Assembly (NCBI GenBank): GCA_039630545.1 | Contig: JBCNUU010000005.1 | Coordinates: 71,474 to 135,473, forward strand | Direction: 5' to 3' | From: Endomicrobiia bacterium | GTDB taxonomy: Bacteria > Elusimicrobiota > Endomicrobiia > DTEH01 | DNA: 64,000 nt | Part shown: in pieces, positions 51,626 to 61,610 of the stretch | How the letters are laid out: each line of letters begins with the position of its first letter | Position numbering within the stretch: the stretch's first letter is position 1 | The notes under the pieces: generated by a model | The model's input: only the letters and a program-made list of their open reading frames with translations | What the model was told of the DNA's origin: nothing | Databases searched by the model: none | Translations under genes and position numbers: made by a program

Positions 51626-52657
51626 TCATGAATTGATGTTAATAATAGTACCATCAAACATAGTGATACTATCTACTACAACAGCATTGGAAGCGATTAT
51701 ACAGGAGTTTAAATTCACATTTGATTTAACTGTGACATTATCCCAAAGAATAGAATCATATATTTTTACACAGTTGCCTAAGTTACAGTTGTTTCCTATA
51801 ATTGTGTAACTACCTATAATACAATTATCTCCAATTTTTACATTATCTCCTATTAAACATGGAGGATGAATTTTTATATTTTTAGGCAAAAATGTGTTTT
51901 TGCCAACCCATACTTTATCTATAATTTGTTTTGCTGGTATTTTGATTTTTAATTTTCCATCTAGACAGTCGTGTTGTGCTTTTTTATATTCTATTAAATT
52001 TCCCACATCACACCAATATTCTTTAGTTACATATCCATATATGGGTAGTCCTGATTTTACAAGTTTTGGTAAAAGTTGACTTCCGAAATCATAGAATCTG
52101 TTTTTAGGGATATATTTAAAAATTTTTGGTTCAAAGACATAAATCCCTGTATTTACTAAATTTGTAAATATTTCATTCAGAGATGGTTTCTCATAAAAAT
52201 TAATGATTTTACTTTCACTATTAATTTCTACTACTCCATATTCAAGTTTAATATCCACTGGTTTTAAAACAACTGTGGCTATAGATTTTTTTTGTCTGTG
52301 AAATTCTATAACTTTTTTAAAATTAATATCGCTTATACCATCAGCTGAAACAACTAAAAATGTGCTATCAAAAAACTTTTCTTTTAGTTTTACTCCTCCA
52401 GCAGTGCCTAATAATTTTTTCTCATATGAATATTTAATTTTTATTTTCCATTTATTTCCATCAGAAAGATAAGAGGTGATAAGTTCTGGATAGTAATGAA
52501 GATTAACTATAACTTCTTTTATAGAATATTTTTTCAAACTGTTCATTAAATGTCCTATAGCAGGAATGTTTACAATAGGAACCAGAGGTTTTGGTAGATA
52601 ATAAGTAAGAGGTCTTAATCTTGTTCCTAAACCAGCTGCCATTATGAAAGCTTTCAT
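51626..52657 (-). CDS. NDP-sugar pyrophosphorylase (mannose-1-phosphate guanylyltransferase-like)
   Basis: [30 protein letters not shown]-terminal left-handed beta-helix. Confidence 0.9.
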   Translation of the reverse strand: MKAFIMAAGLGTRLRPLTYYLPKPLVPIVNIPAIGHLMNSLKKYSIKEVIVNLHYYPELITSYLSDGNKWKIKIKYSYEKKLLGTAGGVKLKEKFFDSTFLVVSADGISDINFKKVIEFHRQKKSIATVVLKPVDIKLEYGVVEINSESKIINFYEKPSLNEIFTNLVNTGIYVFEPKIFKYIPKNRFYDFGSQLLPKLVKSGLPIYGYVTKEYWCDVGNLIEYKKAQHDCLDGKLKIKIPAKQIIDKVWVGKNTFLPKNIKIHPPCLIGDNVKIGDNCIIGSYTIIGNNCNLGNCVKIYDSILWDNVTVKSNVNLNSCIIASNAVVVDSITMFDGTIININS

Positions 52658-54037
52658 TTAGTATGCACCTTTTTTACTTAAAATAGCAAATAGAGTTTTA
52701 ATCATTATTTCTAAATCTAATCCTAAAGACCAATTTTCAATATAATATAGATCTAAATCTACCATTTCTTCAAATCCTAAATCTGCTCTACCTCTAATTT
52801 GCCACAGTCCAGTAATTCCCGGTAGTATCATGAGTCTTCTTTTAACATAATGGTCATAAAAAGAAACTTCTTCTATAATTTGTGGTCTCGGTCCTACTAT
52901 ACTCATATCTCCTTTTAATACATTAAAAAATTGTGGTATTTCATCAATACTATATTTTCTTAAAAATTTTCCTATTCTGGTTGTTCTTGGATCATTTTTT
53001 ATTTTAAAAACTTTAGCTCCTCTTTCACTAATTTTTAATAAATCCCACCACATTTTGTGAGCATCTTTAACCATTGTTCTAAATTTAATACAATTGAATA
53101 TCTTACCATTGATTCCAACCCTTTTATGAATATATAATGCGGGACCTGGTGAATCTAATTTAATTATAAAAATTATAAAAACCAAAGGTATAAAAAGAAC
53201 ACTTAATATAAAAATTGAAAAAAGAATATCTATTGTTCGTTTTACAAAAAAATTAAATCCTGTAAGAGATAATGGAGTTAAAGAAATTACAGGAATTCCT
53301 AACGATGAATCAATTAGGATCTCCGAAAGCCTTATAGGTAGTGTTACAAGAATTTTTATAGGAATTTCTTGTGATATAATTTCTGGTAGTATTTGTTGAA
53401 AAATCTCCGAGTTAAAGATGTCATAACTTACTATAATCTCTGATATTTTTCTTAAAGAAAGAAAATTAAGAATGTCTTCTTTTGTTTTAAAATTTGTAAG
53501 AAAAAATTTTTTGATAGATTTATCTTTTTTTAAAATTTTAACAATTTTTAACTTTTTGTCTTGTGAGCATATAATTCCAACTCTTGGTTTGCCAAATATA
53601 TATTTTGAGTATCTTTTGTAAAAATAATTAATTAAAAAATGCCAGGTAGTCAAAAAAATAAAATTTACAACAACCGTTAGAAATAAAAACACTCTTGAAT
53701 ATTCATAACTTCTATAAAAAAAACTAACCGCAAACAACAGGATTATAAGCACAAAAGAATTTTTAAAATTATTAATAATTTCATCATAAAAATTTAGAAT
53801 CTGATTTTTGTAAAAACCACTGGACACATAACTTATTAAACATACACATAAAAAAAATGGAACAAAATTATAATAAATGTTTAAAGGAGGAATACCTTTT
53901 ATAGGAGGGATAATTTTTGTAAAAATTGGATTATAAAAGCGAATATAATATGTCAAAAAAAATGAACCTGAAGATACAATTAAATCTCCAATTAACTTTG
54001 TTAATATATAGAAATTCCACAAATTCTTTTTTGACAT
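52658..54037 (-). CDS. Polyprenyl-phosphate sugar phosphotransferase (WcaJ/WbaP-like initiating transferase)
   Basis: N-terminal TMs, KFRTM, DPR, SIDEIPQ, GDMSIVGPRP, PGITGLWQ, DLYYI. Confidence 0.92.
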   Translation of the reverse strand: MSKKNLWNFYILTKLIGDLIVSSGSFFLTYYIRFYNPIFTKIIPPIKGIPPLNIYYNFVPFFLCVCLISYVSSGFYKNQILNFYDEIINNFKNSFVLIILLFAVSFFYRSYEYSRVFLFLTVVVNFIFLTTWHFLINYFYKRYSKYIFGKPRVGIICSQDKKLKIVKILKKDKSIKKFFLTNFKTKEDILNFLSLRKISEIIVSYDIFNSEIFQQILPEIISQEIPIKILVTLPIRLSEILIDSSLGIPVISLTPLSLTGFNFFVKRTIDILFSIFILSVLFIPLVFIIFIIKLDSPGPALYIHKRVGINGKIFNCIKFRTMVKDAHKMWWDLLKISERGAKVFKIKNDPRTTRIGKFLRKYSIDEIPQFFNVLKGDMSIVGPRPQIIEEVSFYDHYVKRRLMILPGITGLWQIRGRADLGFEEMVDLDLYYIENWSLGLDLEIMIKTLFAILSKKGAY

Positions 54038-54118
54038 AGGTTTTCCTGTTTTTGTTATGTTAGAGGTCAAGTATTACTTATAAAATTTTTTATTTATGTT
54101 TTCAATATTATACATTTG

Positions 54119-54496
54119 TTAAATATAATATTTTTGGAGAAGATTGAGCTGGAAAGCATCTTTTATGTGTTCTGGATTACTTCCATCTGTAAATGAAATA
54201 ATATCAAATCTAAATTCTTTAAAGTTTTTGCTATTGAGTTTTAAATACCACATAGCTGACAGAATAATTTTTCTTTGTTTATTTATATTTACAGTTTCTT
54301 GTGGTGTTCCAAAAAAAGAGTTTTTTCTATATCTTACTTCTACAAAAACAAGACAATCATTTTTTTTATCATAGGCAATTATATCTATCTCTCCGTGTTT
54401 TGTTTTGAAATTTTTTTCAAGAATTTTATATTTTAAAGATTTTAAATATTTTATAGCAACTTTTTCATAAAAACTTCCTAAAGATACTTTGTTCAT
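54119..54496 (-). CDS. yraN: YraN-family endonuclease-like protein
   Basis: GEIDII, FVEVRYR, RFDII; follows rnhB. Confidence 0.9.
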   Translation of the reverse strand: MNKVSLGSFYEKVAIKYLKSLKYKILEKNFKTKHGEIDIIAYDKKNDCLVFVEVRYRKNSFFGTPQETVNINKQRKIILSAMWYLKLNSKNFKEFRFDIISFTDGSNPEHIKDAFQLNLLQKYYI

Positions 54497-55101
54497 TGCT
54501 TTGTAAATTTATATGCATAATATCTATGTAACTCACAACATCCTATTTCTAATATAGATTTTATATGATCTTTTGTTGGATAACCTTTATTTTTATTAAA
54601 ATTATATTCTGGAACTATATTGTGATATTTATGCATTATAATGTCTCTTATAACTTTAGCTACAATAGAAGCAGCAGCTACTGAGGCACTTTTGAGGTCA
54701 GCTTTTATCAATGCATATTGAGGTATTTTTATATAAGGGTTTCTATATCCATCTACTATTACCAGATCAGGCTTAATCAACAGATTATCTACAGCATTTT
54801 TTATTACTAAATAGTTTGCTTTTTGAAGTCCTATTTTGTTTATTGTTTCTACAGGCAAGATGCTTAAAGATATATCTAAAGCTGATAAAATAATCTTTTT
54901 AAACAAGAGGATTCTTTTTTTTGAAGTAGCAGTTTTTGAATCTTTTAGATTTTCTATAGATGAGTTTCCATTAAGAATTACAGCACACGCAACTATTGGT
55001 CCACTTAAACAACCTCTTCCTGCTTCGTCTACTCCTGCTAATATCTTTATATTAAATTTTTCTTTTAAACTATAGTCAAAACTGAATAATTTATTAGACA
55101 C
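54493..55101 (-). CDS. rnhB: Ribonuclease HII
   Basis: [32 protein letters not shown] start. Confidence 0.95.
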   Translation of the reverse strand: MSNKLFSFDYSLKEKFNIKILAGVDEAGRGCLSGPIVACAVILNGNSSIENLKDSKTATSKKRILLFKKIILSALDISLSILPVETINKIGLQKANYLVIKNAVDNLLIKPDLVIVDGYRNPYIKIPQYALIKADLKSASVAAASIVAKVIRDIIMHKYHNIVPEYNFNKNKGYPTKDHIKSILEIGCCELHRYYAYKFTKQ

Positions 55102-55432
55102 TTTCTACTTTTGCTTCTTTACCTATTTTTCCCCTTAAATAATATAACTTCGCTTTTCTTACATTACCTTTTTTAACAACTGAGATAGATTCAATACTTG
55201 GAGAATACAAAGGAAAAATTCTTTCTACTCCTACTCCATAAGAAATTTTTCTTAAGGTAAAAGTTGAGTTTATCCCTCTTCCTCTTTTTGCTATGACAAT
55301 CCCTTCAAAAGTTTGTTTTTTTTCAACACCTTCTTCTATAAATTTAAAAGTCACTTTTATAGTATCTCCTACTTTAAATTCAGGAATTTTTTTATTAGGA
55401 TCTATAGAAATCATATCTAAATCTACTTTCAT
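55094..55432 (-). CDS. rplS: 50S ribosomal protein L19
   Basis: [31 protein letters not shown]. Confidence 0.97.
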   Translation of the reverse strand: MKVDLDMISIDPNKKIPEFKVGDTIKVTFKFIEEGVEKKQTFEGIVIAKRGRGINSTFTLRKISYGVGVERIFPLYSPSIESISVVKKGNVRKAKLYYLRGKIGKEAKVESV

Positions 55433-56181
55433 AAGTTTGATACTCCTTTTTCTTCTTTTATTACTTCATTTAATAATTTTTTTTCTAAACTATTAAGCTT
55501 TATATTATCTAAAAGTTCTCTGCGTTTTCTATAAGTGTTTCTTATTGCTTCTTTTAATCTGTAAAGTTGTATTTTTTTGTGGTCTCCAGAAAGCAAAATA
55601 TCTGGAACCTTCATATTCATGTAAGAATAGGGCCTTGTATACTGGGGATAATCTAAAAATTTACTAATAAAACTTTCTTTATAAAGGGATTCCTTTTCTT
55701 TTATTACTCCCTTTACATATCTGCATACAGCATCAATTAAAACTATAGCAGCAGGTTCACCTCCGGTAAGAATATAGTTGCCTATAGAAATTTCATCGTC
55801 TACAAATCTCATTACTCTTTCATCAACTCCTTCATATCTTCCGCACAAAATTATTAACCATTTTTTTTTATAAAGTTCGAATGCTATTTTTTGATTTAAA
55901 ATTTTTCCTTGAGGAGATAGATATATTACATAAGGTTTTGTCTTTTTTGATTCTTTTTTTATTTTTCTTATAGCCCTAACAATTGGTTCAACTTTAAGTA
56001 CCATTCCTGCTCCGCCACCATAGGGTCTGTCATCTACAGTTCTATGTTTATCATATGCAAAATCTCGCAAGTTCCATAAGTTAAGAATAATTTTTTTTTC
56101 CTTTATCCCTTTGGATATTACACCGTATAACTTTATTGTTTCCAACATCTGAGGAAATAATGTTATTACATCTATCCTCAT
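55429..56181 (-). CDS. trmD: tRNA m1G37 methyltransferase
   Basis: [38 protein letters not shown]. Confidence 0.97.
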   Translation of the reverse strand: MRIDVITLFPQMLETIKLYGVISKGIKEKKIILNLWNLRDFAYDKHRTVDDRPYGGGAGMVLKVEPIVRAIRKIKKESKKTKPYVIYLSPQGKILNQKIAFELYKKKWLIILCGRYEGVDERVMRFVDDEISIGNYILTGGEPAAIVLIDAVCRYVKGVIKEKESLYKESFISKFLDYPQYTRPYSYMNMKVPDILLSGDHKKIQLYRLKEAIRNTYRKRRELLDNIKLNSLEKKLLNEVIKEEKGVSNL

Positions 56182-56711
56182 GTATCTTTTATATAACTTT
56201 CTAATGCTCCATCTAAAGAATCTACAAAGATAATCCTGTTTTGAACATCTACTTGTAAAACGACTTCCTTTATAAAAGGAATAATAATTTCCTTGTTTTT
56301 ATAAGACATAACTGAAAGCACATTATAGTTGTCTTTTATTTTTATTATGTCAACTACTCTGCCTATGGTTAAATTCTTCTCTTTTAATATGACTTCAGAA
56401 TTTACTATGTCTTTTTTAAAGAAAATATATTCAGGCAGGTATTCAAAATTTTTTATAATAAAAGATCCTCTTAATAACAAACTTTCTTGTAAAGAGTTTA
56501 TTTCTTTCAGTTTAAGAACATAAAATTTTTTTTCTTTTTTATATTTATATAAACTAAGATACTCTACTTGATACGGTCCATAAATATTTTGTGCTTTTTC
56601 AAAGAACAAAATATCCTGATTTTTACAGGTATGGTTTGTGATAAAAAATTTTACAATTATTTCTCCTTTTAATCCTTTAGTTCTTAGAACTTTTCCAATA
56701 CAAACTTCCAC
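56178..56711 (-). CDS. rimM: Ribosome maturation factor RimM
   Basis: IGKV..GLKGE, IIPFIKEVV; position between KH protein and trmD. Confidence 0.85.
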   Translation of the reverse strand: MEVCIGKVLRTKGLKGEIIVKFFITNHTCKNQDILFFEKAQNIYGPYQVEYLSLYKYKKEKKFYVLKLKEINSLQESLLLRGSFIIKNFEYLPEYIFFKKDIVNSEVILKEKNLTIGRVVDIIKIKDNYNVLSVMSYKNKEIIIPFIKEVVLQVDVQNRIIFVDSLDGALESYIKDT

Positions 56712-56728
56712 TTTAAAAATAACTAAAG

Positions 56729-56962
56729 CTATTTTTCTATTACTTCTATAACTACTCGTTTATTTAATTTAGCTGCAGAACATCCTACAATAGTTCTTAT
56801 TGCTCTTATAATTCTTCCTTGTTTTCCTATCACTTTTCCTCGGTCAGTTTCTGCTACTTTTAGTTCTAATATTACAGATTGTTCACCACCTATTTCTTTT
56901 ACCTCCACTTTATCAGGATAATCTACCAGCGCTTTTACGATTGTAGCAAGAAGTTCTTTCAT
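56729..56962 (-). CDS. khpA: KH-domain RNA-binding protein KhpA
   Basis: LVDYPD, GKVIGKQGR; follows rpsP. Confidence 0.93.
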   Translation of the reverse strand: MKELLATIVKALVDYPDKVEVKEIGGEQSVILELKVAETDRGKVIGKQGRIIRAIRTIVGCSAAKLNKRVVIEVIEK

Positions 56963-57004
56963 ATTTGTATTTTACCTCCCTTTCACAAAATTCTCTATAG
57001 ACCT

Positions 57005-57283
57005 TCATTTAGAAGATAATGTGGAAATGATTTCTGCTTTGATTTTCGCATCTTTTTGAACTTTTTTTATCAGATATTCTACTGTGTCAGAAGGTGATGC
57101 TCCACATTTTATCCATTGTTGATATTTTACAGTGTCTATTTCGACTTTCTTTTTTATAGGATCATATACACCAATCACCTCTACAGGTTTTCCTTTTACT
57201 GATTCTTTTCTTTCAATTACGCAAATTCTAAAAATTGGTCTGTTCTTTTTGCCAACTCTTTGAAGCCTAATTCGTAAAGCCAT
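57005..57283 (-). CDS. rpsP: 30S ribosomal protein S16
   Basis: MALRIRLQRVGKK, GVYDP, GASPSDTV. Confidence 0.95.
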   Translation of the reverse strand: MALRIRLQRVGKKNRPIFRICVIERKESVKGKPVEVIGVYDPIKKKVEIDTVKYQQWIKCGASPSDTVEYLIKKVQKDAKIKAEIISTLSSK

Positions 57284-57369
57284 TACTGCCTCCTTTTTAA
57301 AAATAAGTAATTTTATTTTTACAAGTTTAAAAATTAAAAGTCAACATATTTGAAAAAATTTTATAAAAA

Positions 57370-57942
57370 TTAGATAAATCTATTAAAACTTACAATTTCT
57401 TTAATATCTTTACGCATGTCAGATTTTGCATGTTTTCTTATCACATCGTTACTTTTATGTGCAGTATCTGGATAACCCATACATACAAGAAGAGGAACTT
57501 TATACTTATTTGGAATTTTTAAAACTTTTTTTACTCCTTTTTCAGAAAACCATCCTACATAACAAGTTCCCAATCCTAGTTCTGTTGCTTGTAGGACCAA
57601 ATGTTCAGTAGCAATTCCTATGTCTATTAAATAAAATTTTGTATTTCTTACTAGAGAACCAACTTTTGATAAAAATCCAGCTTTATCTGCTATAACCACA
57701 ATAATTACAGGTGCTTGAGAAATAAATTTACTTAATTTATAAATACCAGATGTTGCAGCTTCAGTTAATTTTTGTTTTAATGAAATATCATCAACCACTA
57801 TAAATTTCCAGGGTTGAGCATTACAGGCAGATGGTGCAAGTCGTGCAGCTTCTATACATTTTATAATTTTTTCCTCCTCTACAGGCAAAGGTAAAAATTT
57901 TCTACAACTGTATCTTTGTTTTAGTAACTCCATAAATTCCAT
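57370..57942 (-). CDS. Nitroreductase-family protein
   Basis: RYSCRKF, APSACNAQPW, GLGTCYVG, MGYP. Confidence 0.92.
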   Translation of the reverse strand: MEFMELLKQRYSCRKFLPLPVEEEKIIKCIEAARLAPSACNAQPWKFIVVDDISLKQKLTEAATSGIYKLSKFISQAPVIIVVIADKAGFLSKVGSLVRNTKFYLIDIGIATEHLVLQATELGLGTCYVGWFSEKGVKKVLKIPNKYKVPLLVCMGYPDTAHKSNDVIRKHAKSDMRKDIKEIVSFNRFI

Positions 57943-57943
57943 A

Positions 57944-59260
57944 TTATTTCTTCTCCCATCTTAATAAATTTTGAACTTTAGATAAACTGCTTCCATCTTT
58001 TATTTCTTTCCTTATTCTATTTTCTTTTTCTAATACATCCATAGCACGATTTGCTGTTTCAATAAGTTTTTCTTTAGGAATTACCACTACTCCATCTTCG
58101 TCAGCTACGACCCAATCGCCAGGAAAAATTTTTGTTCCCGAAATTGTAACTGGTACATTTATTTCACCAAAACCTTTTGGTTCACCTGCCTGTGGTGAAA
58201 TTAATCTGGCAAATGCTGGAAATTTGAGTTTTTTAATTTCAGAAATATCTCTTATTGCTCCCCAAATTATAACTCCTGAAAGCTTTTTTTCTATTGCTGA
58301 ATAAGTTGCAAGTTCTCCCCATACAGCGGGTCCAACTCCTCCTGCATCTATTACAATGACATCACCTTCTTTAGCTAAATCGATCGCTTCTACTGGTTTT
58401 GACCAATCCCCTGGATAAGTTCTTACTGTAATTGCAGGACCTGCCAATTTTGCCTTTTCTGTAATAGGTTTTAGTTCATCTAAACATTTTGCACGATGGA
58501 GTGCATCTGATATGTTAGCAACAGATACTTTATAAAGAATTTTTCTTATCTCATTAATTTCAGAAACCCTCTTATATAAGTTTGTTTTAATTTTGGTTTT
58601 TGTAGCGATAGCTTTTTTTATTTGAATAGTAGCTTTTCTTGCGTCTTGGGATTTTATTATAGCACCTCCTACCACGATTATATCAGCTCCAGCCTCCAGT
58701 GCATCTTTAACATTTTCTGAATTTATTCCACCAGCTATAGAAACAGGCACATTACATATTTTTTTAACTTCTCTTATTATGTCAAAATTTATTTCACCTT
58801 TCATTTGTTGATCTATTGGAATGTGAAGACCAATATAATTTGGTTTAAATTTTAAAATCTCTTTTATTCTTTTGAGTAAATCTTTTACTTCTATCATATC
58901 CACCATAATTTCACATCCATAATTGCTGGCTGCATCTATTGCCTCTTTTATAGTTTCATCGTTTGCAACTCCTAAAATCCCAACAATATGGGCCCCTGCT
59001 TTTGCTGCCATTTCTACTTCTGTTCTTCCTACATCCATAGTTTTCATATCCGCTAAAATTTTGATAGTTGGTGGTAGAAGTTTTTTTATTTCTGTAATTG
59101 CTTTTATTCCTTCTGATTTTATGAGGGGTGTTCCTATTTCAATTATGTCAACTCCTGTATCTTTTATTTCCTGAACAATTTTTGTTGCTCTGTGTAAGTC
59201 AACAAAATCTAAAGCAACCTGCAAAAGTGGAAAAGGAAATTTTGAGTCTGTTTTTTTCAT
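57944..59260 (-). CDS. 3-hexulose-6-phosphate synthase fused to an RraA/HMG-aldolase-like domain
   Basis: LQVALD, EIGTPLIKSEG, ADMKTMD, AGGI; C-half ANISDAL, VIDAGG, WGELAT, GAIRD, PGDWVVADEDGVV. Confidence 0.9.
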   Translation of the reverse strand: MKKTDSKFPFPLLQVALDFVDLHRATKIVQEIKDTGVDIIEIGTPLIKSEGIKAITEIKKLLPPTIKILADMKTMDVGRTEVEMAAKAGAHIVGILGVANDETIKEAIDAASNYGCEIMVDMIEVKDLLKRIKEILKFKPNYIGLHIPIDQQMKGEINFDIIREVKKICNVPVSIAGGINSENVKDALEAGADIIVVGGAIIKSQDARKATIQIKKAIATKTKIKTNLYKRVSEINEIRKILYKVSVANISDALHRAKCLDELKPITEKAKLAGPAITVRTYPGDWSKPVEAIDLAKEGDVIVIDAGGVGPAVWGELATYSAIEKKLSGVIIWGAIRDISEIKKLKFPAFARLISPQAGEPKGFGEINVPVTISGTKIFPGDWVVADEDGVVVIPKEKLIETANRAMDVLEKENRIRKEIKDGSSLSKVQNLLRWEKK

Positions 59261-59269
59261 ATTTTGATT

Positions 59270-60322
59270 TTAAAAAAACTTCATACTTTTTATTTGGTTA
59301 CAAATTTCAAAAACTTTTTTTGTAATTTCTTCTGTAGAGTTTCCTAGCCCACACTGTGGAGTTATTATTAAATTTTTAATTAATGCTTCTTTATTGATAG
59401 ATTTGTTTGACAAAGATTCTATAAAATTTTTAAGTTTATTTACAACAGTTTCTGTTGACTCTGTGAAAATTTTTTCTGTGTTTGGGATAATTCCCCATGC
59501 AATAGTTTTATTTTTTTCTATAAATTTTTTAATATCATCAGAATATAATAAGAAATTTTCAAAAAAATCGTATGCATCAAATGAAATTATATCTAAATTA
59601 TCCAAAGAAGTTAATAATGACCAATCAGTATTAGCACAACAATGTATCCCTGCTTTTAATTCTATATCAGGGAAAATTTGTTTTGTTAGTTGTTTGGTTT
59701 CTTCTATTACAACAGCAAGACATGTTTGTATCTCTTCTTTTGAAAGTCCACTGAATGCAGAACCATACGCTGCAAGATAGGGTTCATCATAAAACAAAAA
59801 AACTCTTTTTAATTTTGTATACTCAACTTTATCTAAAACATATTTTATTTGCCATACTGATTTCATTGTTAAATGTTTTATAATTGTTTCCCTTATCTGA
59901 TCATCATAGAAAATTGCTTTTTTGGTGTTATCTTTAATTGATAATCCAAAAGTAATAGGTCCTATTGTTTGAAATTTAATATTTTGTGGTAGTTTTTCAA
60001 AACTACCTAGATACTTTACAAATTCATAAATTCCTAAAGAAAAATCAGAGGAGATTTCAAAATAATTAAAATCATTGTTTATTATTTTTTCATAGTAGTT
60101 TTCTAATTGTGAATAAAAATTTTCTTTATTCAGGTAAATATTTTTATTATTTTCATCTATTATTACTCCAGGGAAGTTTTGAGAATACTGAAAATGCATT
60201 TGCTCTTTAAAACTCCTTTTTGGAAATTGCGGCCAACAAGGAATAGATACATGGCTAAAAATTAATTCTAAAAACCATGGTGGCTGTGAATTTGGCAGAC
60301 TTCCTATAAGTGTAGTTTCCAT
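59270..60322 (-). CDS. Core (catalytic-domain-only) methionine synthase, MesB-like
   Basis: IGSLP, WPQFP, GPIT, DEP, GIHCC, AWGIIP, TPQCGLG Zn-ligand pattern; no folate-binding N-half. Confidence 0.78.
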   Translation of the reverse strand: METTLIGSLPNSQPPWFLELIFSHVSIPCWPQFPKRSFKEQMHFQYSQNFPGVIIDENNKNIYLNKENFYSQLENYYEKIINNDFNYFEISSDFSLGIYEFVKYLGSFEKLPQNIKFQTIGPITFGLSIKDNTKKAIFYDDQIRETIIKHLTMKSVWQIKYVLDKVEYTKLKRVFLFYDEPYLAAYGSAFSGLSKEEIQTCLAVVIEETKQLTKQIFPDIELKAGIHCCANTDWSLLTSLDNLDIISFDAYDFFENFLLYSDDIKKFIEKNKTIAWGIIPNTEKIFTESTETVVNKLKNFIESLSNKSINKEALIKNLIITPQCGLGNSTEEITKKVFEICNQIKSMKFF

Positions 60323-60656
60323 ATTAGGATTTATTTATAATGTTGTGTTATCTTTATTTTATATTGTTTATTTTTGCAAGTTTGGATTTTATATGATTGT
60401 ATCATTTTATTTTTTTCTTCATAAAGCATTGAGTCTTCTCATCAAAGATATTAAAAAGTAAAATTGTTTTTCTCATTTTATTGTAAAGGTTTACAAGAAT
60501 TAAGCAGTATTAAATAAAATGAAAGTAACCACTGCTACTAATATAGTAGCTTCATATTTTAATAACTAAAAAATTTAAAGTTACATCTCAACCTTTGTTT
60601 AAATTTTTTACAACATTTTGTTTTTCAATATACATGCTAAAAATTTTGTTGTTTTA

Positions 60657-60685
60657 TTGAAAAAAATGTATTAAGTTTATATCAT
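60657..60685 (+). promoter_or_regulatory. Putative sigma70 promoter TTGAAA-N17-TATCAT for truB
   Basis: -35 at 60657-60662, -10 at 60680-60685, 8 nt before the ATG; AT-rich background lowers certainty. Confidence 0.45.
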
Positions 60686-60693
60686 AATAAATT

Positions 60694-61356
60694 ATGATAA
60701 ACTTTAAAGAAGGTATCTATAATATATACAAACCAAAAGGTATTACAACTTACAAGATTATAGAAACTATAAAAAAATTTCTCCCAAAAAAAACAAAAGT
60801 TGGTCACGGAGGTACTCTGGATCCTCTTGCAGAAGGTGTTGTAGTGGTTGCTATTGGAAGAAATTATACAAAACAGCTTCACAACATCTTAAAAAATTCT
60901 AAGAAAGAATATATAGCTGAGATTTTTTTAGACAAAATCTCAGACACATATGATTTATCAGGTAAAGTTGAAGAAATTACACCTAAAGAAATTCCTACAC
61001 TTGAAAAGATAAAAGAGGTCTTAAAGATTTTTATTGGTGAGATAGAACAGATACCACCAATATATTCTGCTATAAAAATAAAAGGCAAACGACTTTGTGA
61101 TATTGTTCGCAAAGGTAAAATTTCTTATGAAGAGGCAAAAAAATTTTTGAAACCCAAAAAAGTAGTAATTTATAACATAAAACTTCTTGAATACAACTAT
61201 CCAAAGTTGGTGATAGAAGTTGTATGCAGTTCAGGGACTTATATAAGGTCTTTAGCGAAAGATATTGGTGAGAAGCTTGGTTGTGGTGGAGTGGTTGGGA
61301 ATTTAATCAGAACAAAAGTTGATAAATTTTCAATAGAAAATGCTATAAAAATTTAA
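60694..61356 (+). CDS. truB: tRNA pseudouridine(55) synthase (short form, no PUA domain)
   Basis: KPKG, KVGHGGTLDPLAEG, QIPPIYSAIK, CSSGTYIRSLAKDIG. Confidence 0.95.
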   Translation: MINFKEGIYNIYKPKGITTYKIIETIKKFLPKKTKVGHGGTLDPLAEGVVVVAIGRNYTKQLHNILKNSKKEYIAEIFLDKISDTYDLSGKVEEITPKEIPTLEKIKEVLKIFIGEIEQIPPIYSAIKIKGKRLCDIVRKGKISYEEAKKFLKPKKVVIYNIKLLEYNYPKLVIEVVCSSGTYIRSLAKDIGEKLGCGGVVGNLIRTKVDKFSIENAIKI

Positions 61357-61610
61357 AATAAACATTTTTGTTGATTAAATCCAACTTTTTCTTGGTCTAT
61401 TTTAACAGAAAACATACACCTTAATCTACTCTAAGGTAAGAAAATAATTAGTTTTAATTTTTTTCTCTCTTAATAATTACTTCATTTTTTCCTTACTTTC
61501 TTTCTAATTAAGGAGAGCAATCCTGTGCCAGAAACTCGTTCGGATATTCATCCCATCGCAGAGGTAGATCTCTGAGGCAGGTTTCTTTGTTTTCTTTTAT
61601 TTGGGATTAA

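Noticed and set aside
60323..60650. Possible gene remnant upstream of the methionine synthase (YEATILVAVVTFILF)
   Set aside because: Fragments are too short and match no family I recognise; no SAM or cobalamin riboswitch motif seen either
61515..61570. GAGCAATCCTGTGCCAGA resembles the group I (tRNA-Leu type) intron Q element
   Set aside because: No convincing P, R or S elements and no host exon
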